Shown here: in pieces, positions 22,815 through 32,974 of the stretch | Layout: every line of letters starts with the position of its first letter | How positions within the stretch are numbered: position 1 is the first letter of the stretch | From: Eledone cirrhosa | Lineage: Eukaryota | NCBI GenBank assembly: GCA_964016885.1 | Contig: OZ024741.1 | Coordinates: 136,896,001-136,960,000, forward strand | Reading direction: 5' to 3' | Length of the DNA stretch: 64,000 nucleotides | Position numbers and translations under genes: made by a program | Notes under the pieces: generated by a model | The model's input: the letters and a program-made list of their open reading frames with translations, nothing else | Told to the model about the DNA's origin: nothing | Database searches by the model: none

Positions 22815-25800
22815 TAGACAGATAGATAGATATGTTTCTTTATTAGCCACAGGGGCTCAAAAGAAGGGGACAAATACAAAGGGGGAAGTTTACATACGAT
22901 AAAAACATGTAAAATACTATCACAAATGCAATTTAAAAAACAATCGATTTTTCCCAATAGGGGGAGACATTACATATGGGTAACACATACCCCTGAAAAA
23001 ATGTACAACCCTCATCTCCAGGAGTACGAAGAGTGAGTACCCATTTCTTCTCTTCCTCTCTTTCCTCAACCTACAGGCTGATATAGAGAGAAGACCCATT
23101 CACTCGGGCCATTCTCGCCACTTTCACCCACTTTTCATAAAACTTGCTGGGGTACAGCACCTCTCTCTCCATCCTGATTCTTCTTCCAAAGTGGTATTTG
23201 AAAAAAAGAATCAGTTGTTGGCTGGAGAGAACGGTGTCTGACCTCAACCGTTTTAACCTCGTCCACCATACCTCTTTCGCCATAGCTATCACACAGAGGA
23301 AAACCGCCTCTCCTTCATTTTTGAAGGAGGGTGGCGGTTTGATCACGACAATGGACTCGGTGATCAACCGGATTGGTCCCACCCGCACACAATAGTCGTT
23401 CTACATAGCCCCACAGGTCAGTAACGCCCGGGCAGTGTACGAATGCGTGCACGACAGTTTCTTCATCTCGCACGCACCTCGGACAGATCTTTTTCGAAGG
23501 GTCCCTGCCCGGGCACCTGTGTCTGTAGAGCTTGTCTCGAACTGGTAGAGCTCCTCGGTAACACTGCCAGGCCAGGGACTTTTCAAAGTTGTCCATCGGT
23601 CCCGTGCTGTTATGTCCTACCGAACAGACCTAGAGTTTCTCCGAGCGCATCGTGGCACTTGCTGCGGATGAACCCTCTATAGAATGACGAAGTGGAGTCT
23701 CCACTGATCACCGGGTCCGCCTGCCAGAGGGCTATGAGCGCCTAAGCACATTCGATGTGCCAGTCGCCCATTTTCCTTGGTCTTTGCTTTACCCAGGACT
23801 GCAGCTCGGTCAGCAAGACTGGTCGTGGGAAGGCTCGCCTCACGAACAGGGCCCACACCGGTTGTCCGGTGAGGAATATGTGGAGGTGCCGCAGCCTAAG
23901 CGCATCGTCAGCCACGCCATCCCCAGCTCTCCGTTGGGTATTGGCAGCAGATGGATCTTCTCACCAAAGTAGCCTGCTTCTTCCAAAGGAATTGGAAGAG
24001 CATGCGCTCCGTTTTGGCTGGACAAGGCACGACAGTCAAGCGGTAGTAGATGACGGATGCTATAAAAGTGTTTGCCACCTCCGCTCGACCTTTCAAGGAT
24101 ACTTTGCACTCGGCCCACTTCTGGGTAAGTGCAAACAGCTTGGCCGTTACCTCGTTCCAGTTCTTCTCCACTTGGAGGTCCGGACCAAACCAGACCCCGA
24201 GCAGCTTCACCGGACCTTCCGCCCAGCATCAGAAGACATCAGTTTGCCTCTCCACGATCAGAGTTGCAAACCGATGGACTTGTCCCGGTTCAGCTTCGCA
24301 TTCCTTCAGTAAGGTGCCGACTTCCTCGATTTCCGGAGTCCCGGTTCCAGAGGGATGCCCTGCAATAGCTCCAACTTCCGCAGTAGTGGCTTGAGAGTCA
24401 GTACGTACAGAAGGGAGGAGAGAGAGCATCCCTGTCGGATGGATCGCGTGATATGAAACAGCTCCGAGAGGTAGCCGTTCACCTTGACCCTTGAGCAGAT
24501 GTTGCTGCTGTGCATTGCAGCAATCCAGCCCCTGAACACGGGTCCAAAGCCTGCTGCCTCGAGCACCGCATCCAGGAAACGATGGTCAACCCTATCGAAA
24601 GCCTTAGACCGATCCAAGTTGATCAGGGCCCCACCGAAGCCGGGTTTACACCCTACCTTCTCAACGATGTATCGCATGAGGTGGAGGTTGTCGTTTATGG
24701 ACCTGGTCGGGATTGCGCATGTCTGCGCTTCTCCCACCAGGGTTTCGACGACAAGCGCCAGCCACTTTGCCAACACCTTGGCCAAAATCTGTAACTCTGT
24801 GTTTAGCAGAGTTATGGGCCGGAAGTTGCCTATGTCATCCCCCTTATTCTCGTCCTTCCTGACTAGCGTGACTACGCCCTTGGTCACAGAACTGGAAATT
24901 CTCCCGTTCTGCTGCCAGTTGCAGTAGACCGCTTCCAGGAGAACAGAGAATAAGTTCGGCATTGCTACATAAAATTCGTAGGGTAGACCGTCGAGACCTG
25001 GAGATTTGCATTTGACGCATTGGCTCAGCGCGTCCCCTATATCAGCAGCCGAAATCGGCCTTTCGCAGAACTTTGCCTCGCTGTCCGAGAGTCGCGGTAG
25101 GCCGCCGAGGTATGGACCAAAATCCATAGCCCCTCCCAGTGCGCAGCCCTGCCCGAACAGTTAAGCAAAGTACCGCTGAAAGGCCGCGCACATCTGCTTC
25201 GGCTCACGCATCACAAGACCGAATCGTGGACTTGTTGCCACTTTTCGCCTCCGTCACCCGGGCCCAGCTAACAGCTTTGGCTTCTTCGTTACCTAGCCCT
25301 CGTGCTTTTCGTCGAAGAACTGGTTCCAAGGTCGTTCTCGTCGCTAGCATGCTGGCTACGTTGCCACTTCTACTTTATCTACTACTTCCTTCTCGGTCCT
25401 ATTTCTATCTAACGCTAAGAGTACCACCATCTGTTGTTGACAATGGCCCCTGTCAAGTGCTATTTAACTAAAGTGCTAATCCGTCTACTGTAGGCTTTGC
25501 ATGTCGGTAACAAGTTCAGCTTCCAGTAGCCGGGTCCCTGTCTATGGCTTCTATCAAGGTTGACCACGCAGGTCATTAGTTTGTGATCCGAATAGGCAAC
25601 CATGAATATTTGTGGACAACTTAACATGTCCCTATCCTTATTTCTAACTAGAACCCTATCTAGGTACGATCTAGATGTTCCGCTGCAATTAGTCCACATC
25701 CAGTGCACAGTCGAAAAATCTAGTCGATATCTATCGGCCAGGTCAAATCAGCCGATTAACTGTTTGAGGCTGTTACACCCCCTTTATCGGGCCATGCTCC

Positions 25801-27935
25801 CACATAGTCCCAACGTGCATCTCGGATTCCATTCCAGTCCCCTACTAAAAGCAAGGAGCGGGACATTCCCAGAAAAGTCTCTAGACGTTTGAAGTCTGGC
25901 CGCGGAGTCCCGGATGGGGCATATGCGACCACCAGCCTGAAGGCTCCACCTTCACTACCGTCAACGTCTAGGACCACCAGTCGACACTCCGGGTCCAGAT
26001 GTACCGTTTGTGTTACGAGGCCCAGCTGTTTCCTCAGCAAAACGGCAACCCCGCCCCCACCTCCCAGCTGACATAGAGATGCGTAGATCTCATAGTCATC
26101 GAAGATGGGAGCCATCTATCGCTCGCTGTGGATCCTGGACTCGCAGATGGCAATTACATCCATACTGTGCGACCTGAGGTCGTTTAAGAGTTTGCCGTTC
26201 CTCAGGCCGCGCACATTCACACGACTGACTCTTACATTCGCCATGTCGGTGAGGAAGAGTTGGAAAAAAAAGTAAGAGTTCATTCACCTTTTCGTCTCCT
26301 GGAGAGCGGGTCGCTCAAGTTCCATGGGGGTGTTGGAGGGGTTGTCTGGGTGGGTGGTGGTTTCCGGCAGGGTGGGGACGGAGATGTTTGGTGGAGAGGG
26401 GGTGTCTGGTGGGAATGGGAGACATTTGAGAAGGACGCGGTTAAGTGGTTTCACGCAGGAATTCCCCATGTCCTTTTCAAATGTTGCTTTTAGGGACCTA
26501 TAAGTTTGTATAGGGACTCTAATCAGTTTTAGGTTCGGTTTTTTATTATTTTTATTAGAGTTTGCGAAAGTTTTCCCTTCGGTGAAAACCGAAGGGTTGT
26601 TCGTGATGGTCTCCATTAGTGTTTTGTTTTCAGTGTTTATGTATGTGTAAGTGTAATTTTTCTTGTGTTGCGTCTGTTTTTGTCTGTAGTTTTTGTGTGT
26701 GCTTTCGTTTTGTTGTAGGCATTTTGTTTTCAGGTGGGGATTTTGTTTGTGGTAGTGTTTGCTGGGTTTTTGTTTTTGTGGTGCCTTGTTTTTCTTTTCG
26801 AGCTATCAGGTTCTCCCTCGTCTTCACTGGGTGATGACGAGATAGCCTCATCTGTTGTATCATCTGTGTGATTGGGGAAGGGTTTGTCTTGGGGAGCTGT
26901 TGTGTCTGTATTTGTTTTTGCAGTGGTTTTAGGTGGAGTGGGGTTGGGTGGGACTGTGTTTGTTTTGGTTATTTTTGTGTTGGTGTTGTTGTTGTGGTAG
27001 TTGTGTTATTTTGATAAGTGTCGGCAAAAGAGTCTTTTTTTTTTACTCATTAATTGAGGACAGGAAGCCCTCAGGTGACCACTGCTAAAGCAGTGGTAAC
27101 ATAAAGGCCGCCTACCCTCAACCGAAAAGTTTATGTAGGTGAGTCCGTCCAGGAGTACACATTGTGGGATCCAGGCTATTCGTTCTGGGCTCATTTGCAC
27201 CAGAACTTCAACGCTAGTCCCATTAAATGCATCTCTGGGAGACTTTCCTACTGAAAGTATTCTGTCTTCATCAAAATTGATTAAGCCGCACTGTATCCAC
27301 CATATATTTACTTTTGGTGTGACAGTCGTGATTTTGATCTTTTGTGTCCTTTTTCCCCATGTATGTGGGGAAAAAGGTATACAGGTTGGATACAATTGGC
27401 GACAGAGAGTAATTTTGGGCCGTCAATTGATCCTTCATGAGTACCGAAATACTCCCAAAGAGTTTGCCTCTTTGAATGAATGAAATATCATTCATTGAAT
27501 TTATGAAAACCAGTTCAATTTCTTTCTGTGACAATTGGACCGGTTTTCGGGTAGAATTGGTAACTGTCCTAAAAATTATCGTTTTGAGGGCAGTTTCCTT
27601 ACAAATTTCTACAGGGGAATTGATGCTGAAAGCACCATTCTTTTCAAAAGTAACATATCACCTAGCGTCTTTTAGAAGTTGTTCGGCATTTGATATGTCG
27701 AGATATGTTAATTCCTCCTTGTCGTTTTTATCATCATTTTTGGTGGTGTTGTTATTTTTGTTGTCATTGTACTGTTTGGTGTCATTTGTGTCATTATTAT
27801 TTTTTTTGTTTGGATTTAAATCCGTTTTTACGATTTTATTTCCTCTTTCCATCCCCATAGTATCTATGGAGAAGGAAAGGGAAGAAGACGTTAACTGCGA
27901 CCTATGTAGTCTTAGCGACTCTCCACTACCATTAT
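22815..27935 (-). mobile_element. Tx1-like element E: ORF1 plus near-complete decayed ORF2 and 3' UTR with (ATCT)n tail
   Basis: CYHCFSSGHLRASC; EN GDWN, SYLDR, YSDH; 273-aa RT piece 24306-25127; CPRC..H..HC; stop 23071-23073. Confidence 0.92.
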
Positions 27936-29240
27936 CGCCAACCAAGGAGCGGCACGTTCCCAGAAAAGTCTCTAGGCGTTTGAAGAAGTCTGGCTGCGAT
28001 GTCCCGGATGGGGCATATGCGGCCACCAGCCTGAAGGCTCCACCTTCACTACCGTCAACGTCTAGGACCACCAGTCGACCCTCCGGGTCCAGATGTACCG
28101 TCTGTGTTACGAGGTCCAGGTGTTTCCGCAGCAAAACGGCACCCTGCCCCCACCTCCCGGCTGAGAGAGATGCGTAGATCTCAAAGTCGTCGAAGATGGG
28201 GGCCAGCTGTCGCTCGCTGTGGATCCTGGACTCGCAAATGGCTACTACATCCATACTGTGCGACCTGAGGTCGTTTATGAGTTTGCCCTGCTTCCAGGGC
28301 ATCCCCATTCCGCGTACATTCACACATCCAACTCTTATATTGGCCATGTTGGTGCAGAAAAGTTAAAAGAGGAAAAGAAATCACTCACTTCTTCGTCTCC
28401 TGGGGACCAGGCTGCACAATGTCCATGGGGGTGTTGGAGGGGTTGTTTGGTAGGGTGGTGGTTCCTGGCGAGGTGGGGACGGAGATGTTTGGTGGGGAGG
28501 GGGTGGGGAAACGTTTCAAGAGGACGTGGTTCGTTGGTTTAACACATATTCTCCACGTCCTCAGCAAAGTTTTCCTTTAAGGACTTATAGATGTCCGTAG
28601 GGACCCTAATCATCCTTAAATTAGGTTTGTCTTTACAGGTGTTAAAATATTTTCCTTCGGTTTCCACGGAAAGGTTTTTGGAGATGACCTCCATCAAGGT
28701 TTTATTGTCAGTGTTTATGTATGTATAATATTTTTGTTGTGTTGTCTTAGTTTTTGTCTGTTGTTCTTGTGTGTTTTCGTTTTGTTGTGGGTATTTGTGT
28801 TTGGAGTGTTGTCATCGTTTTGTTTTCGGGAGGGGGGATTTTTGTTTGTAATGTTTGTGTTGTTTGTGTTGGTGGTTGTGTGTTTCTGGCCTTTTTGTTC
28901 GTGTTGTCCTTTTTCTTTTTTTTGGAGTGGAGGGGTTCTCCCTCATCATCACTGAGTGATGACGAGGGGGCCTCGTCCGTTGTGGTGTCTGTGTTATTTG
29001 GAAGGGGTATGTTTTGGGGAGCTGTTGTGTTTGTGGGTGTTTTTGAGGTGGTTTTATGTGGAGTGGGGTTGGGTGGGACAGTGCTTGGAGTTTGGTTTGT
29101 TGTTCTTGTTTTGGTTGTTTGCATGTTGTTATTGTTGTTGCGGTGGTGGCTGTGTTGTTGTTTTGGGTGTTGGCAATAGTGCCTCATGTTTTTTTTGTAG
29201 TTAGCTGAGGACAGTAAGCCTTCAGGTGACCACTGCTTAA

Positions 29241-31802
29241 CCCTTTAGCGTTCAAAGCGACAAAAACCGACAAAATTATGTCCCCTTTCATTTATTCAAA
29301 CCGACAAAAACCAACATTTCAGACCACTCGTAGATCTCCTTCTAAAAATAAACATTGACATCATCAAAATCTCGTCAATTCGAGATTACAGCGAGATAAA
29401 GCCCTTACGCGCGAAAATTAACTCTTAGTATAGTTAAAGACCTTGCGATAACACGTGTTTTTAACTTTGAAATTGTAACATGGCTTCCGAAAGCAGCGAC
29501 AACGATTTTAAAGGTTTTACATCCTACGACATTCAAGATAAAAAAGAAACAGAAGATAATATCAGTGATTTATCTTCAAATGAATCAGATATATTTATTT
29601 CTGATATATCTGATGATGATGATAGTCACTTTGAAAGTGAAAGCGAAGAGATATCTGACACCATTGAAAAAACACCAACGTGGTTGAAAGAAACAACACC
29701 GATACATGTTTCGGATTTTAATGAAAATTCTGGACCACAACACACATTACCACCCGATGCTAAAGCTCTGGATTATTTTTTTTTATTTCTACCACAAACT
29801 TTCTTCGAAGTTGTGGCAGAAGAGACAAATCGCTATGCACAACAACAGATTTCTAATCGAGGAAAACCCGATCTGTTATGGCGTCCGACAGATTCTGCCG
29901 AAATGAAAGCGTTTTTTACCATAAACATTATGTTTGGTATTAAACAATTTCCACGACTGTGGAATTATTGGAGTACTGATATAAGGTTTGGTGACCCTTA
30001 TATATCTAGTATTATGGCAAAAACGAGATTTATAAAATTAAACCAGTATTTGCATCTGGTTGATACTACAAATGCCCCTGGTAGAAATGAATCGAATTAC
30101 GACCCACTGTACAAAGTACGACCATTAATTGAAATGTTGACAGAAAAATTTAAAAGTATGTATTTACCTGGAAAAAATTTTAGTGTTGATGAAGCTATGA
30201 TTGGGTATAAGGGTAGGGTTCATTTCAGACAGTATATGCCAGCTAAACCCACCAAATGGGGCATCAAAGTGTGGGAACTGTGTGAATCGGACACGGGATA
30301 CTGTGTAAACTTTGATGTTTACACAGAAAAAAAACTTAACGGAGAGAGAAAGCACGGGTTGGGTTACGATGTTGTGTGGTCGCTGACTCAACCCTTCCAC
30401 TTTCAACACAGACACATTTAATTTGACCGTTTTTTTTCTTCGGTGCTTTTAGCAGAGTATCTTGTCCTTGTAAATACATACACCTGCGGCACAATAATGA
30501 GCAATCGGAAAGGGCTACCCCAAGAAATAAAAGTTGCGAAACTAAAAAACAGAGGAGACATTCTCCAAATGCAAAAAGAGAACATGTTAGCCACAGTGTT
30601 CAAAGACAAACGGCAAATTTTGTTCCTGAGTTCTAACCAACAACCAGGTGTTGGGGCTGAGGGTAGACCTTTAGTTAACCTCTCCTACAATAAATATATG
30701 GGTGGGGTTGACAAATCCGACCAATATTGCGCGTATTACCCAGTTGGACGCCCTGGAAAGAAATGGTGGAGATACATCTTGTGGTTTTTAGTGAATTTAA
30801 CCATTGTGAATTCTTATATTGCATTTACTAAAAGCCACAAGGATCCGCCACCACCAAAGGACTACTGCCACATGAAATTTCGCGTGGACATTGCATCCCA
30901 GCTACGTGGGGGATATACTTCTCGCAAACACAAAGCTGGGAAAAAATCAAAATTAGCAGTGGTCCACAAAGAAAATATTGATTTTCATAAAGTGGAGAGA
31001 ATTGATGGTAGGAGGAAGGTTTGCCAATTGTGCTCTTTGCAAAAGAGAAAAACTGTTAAAGGTTACGCAATCCAAACCCTATTTATGTGTTCCTTTTGCA
31101 AAGTGCCCTTATGTAAAGGGTGCTTTGGGCAGTATCACGATAGAAATATTGTCTGACAATATTGAAAACAATATTTTTAAAATATACAACATATACAAAA
31201 ACACCTGCATTCACCTGTGACACACCTGCATCACACCTGTTAATGAACTTATATATTGGGAACATTCTGTTACGTAATTTTACACCGTACATTGTGTAAG
31301 AGTACATTGCCAATATTATTTTGACTGGTGAAAAGGTTTTATACATTTTTTTCAATGAAAATATTTGCCTGGAATGTAGAGAAAGACTAAAACATTGTAC
31401 TGATTACACCTGCATTTTTAATTAATTCACCTGTTCGGAAAACTGCTAGAATTGATGGAAATCAGCATCTAGATCATTATTGGATTTTTTTGCAACAAAT
31501 CTAACAGGTAAGGCAGATAAAGTTTAAATTTTTGTGTTTATCCATAAAGTTATTACTTTTACACCTGTTAATTAATTTCACCTGACCATAAAAGTCAAAT
31601 TTAACAAAAAAAAATCAGGTAAAAATATATAATTGTAAATTATAGTTCTTTAAACGTCTACTGACAAAATTTCAAGTCTGCACATAGAAAATTAAAGTAA
31701 TTACAAACAAATAAAATTGATAACCCTCTTGAGTATAATTAAGTGAAAATAATGCGAATAGATGAACATGACATTTGACAATTCAATGTGAATGCTAAAG
31801 GG
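29241..31802 (+). mobile_element. piggyBac DNA transposon, full length (2562 bp)
   Basis: TTAA TSD at 29237-29240 and 31803-31806; TIR CCCTTTAGCGTTCA / TGAATGCTAAAGGG; empty site CACTGCTTAAACA seen at ~18856. Confidence 0.97.
29480..31156 (+). pseudogene. piggyBac transposase, 558 codons with one in-frame TAA (30419-30421)
   Basis: ORFs 29480-30421 and 30443-31156 share a frame; DDD motifs SVDEAM, *FDRFF, GGVDKSDQ; YMPAKPTKWG; C-terminal Cys-rich domain. Confidence 0.93.
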
Positions 31803-32974
31803 TTAAACAGTTGTAACATGAAGGTCGCCTACCATCAACAGAAATGTTTGTGTGAAATCCCATCCAGAGGCACACGGGGTATTTTAGCTATCCGTTCTGG
31901 CCTCATTTGGACCAGAACTTCCAGGCTTGTACCATTGAATGTGCCTCTGGAGGACTTTCCCACTGAAATGATGGTGTCTTCATCGAAATCGATGAAGCCA
32001 GTCAAAATCCACCAGACGTTTACATTTGGTGCAATGTTCAACATTTTTATCTTCTGGGTTCTTTTTCCCATGTATGTGGGGAAAAAGGTGTAAAGGGGGG
32101 ACACAATCGGCGACACAGAATAATTTTGTGCTGTCAATTGGTCTTTCAACAACACCAAAATGCTTCCAAAAAGTTTACCTTTTTGGATGAAGGCAATATC
32201 CTTCATGGAATTTTTCAGAACCCGTTCTATGTCGTTTTGGGATAATTGGACTTGTTTTTTCGAGAAATTTGAAACTGTGCTAAAAATTACTGTTTTTAGG
32301 ATAGTTTCTCTACGTAACTGTTGAGGAGAAGTGATGCTGAAAGCACCACTCTCACCAAAAGTTACATACTGCTTTGCATCACTTAACAGCTCCCTAGCAT
32401 TGGAAATGTCAAGGTATGTAAACAGTTCCGTCTTTTGGACGGTTTTTGCGAAGGAAATCTTTTCCTTGTTTGTGGAGTTGTTCATGTTGCTGTTGTTGTT
32501 GTTGCTGCTGTTGTTGTTGTCCTGGTTGGTGTTGTTCACATTTTTCATCTTATTGGTGGTGTTTTTTCGTGTGTAGTTGTGTCAATTGTTTCATTTTCAG
32601 CATTTTCTGTGTTTTTTGGTGTCTGTTGTGGGCTGTTATTTTCATCTTTTGTTGTTGTTCGTCTCCATAGATACTTCTATGGAAATAGGAGATATAATGC
32701 TTATATCTGTCTCTTTCCTTCTTTTCTCGCAGTCTAGCGTTCATTGTAAGTCACACATTGTTAACGTTAGTAACATTTTTAAAACTTGTCAATGTTTTTA
32801 AAATAAATTTCCGCCCCTGTGGTGCGAAAACTGAGAGTACCTCCCGGCTGACAATTCAGTCTGGGTGTTAATCTATCAAACAATATAAAATTTTACACAA
32901 TGAATTCTGTTTTTGTATGGAAAATTGTACAAAAACTTACCAGCGATCTATCGCACGTCCGATAGAGAGATAGA

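Larger units (their letters stand above)
27936..32968 (-). mobile_element. Tx1-like element B: intact 5' end, ORF1 interrupted by piggyBac, ORF2 EN N-terminus only
   Basis: 5' GGACGTG at 32960; ORF1 piece 31835-32548; ORF1 stop 28385; ORF2 ATG 28347. Confidence 0.9.

Noticed and set aside
29480-31156. Domesticated PGBD host gene
   Set aside because: Flanked by intact TIRs and TTAA, multi-copy, and inserted inside another TE.
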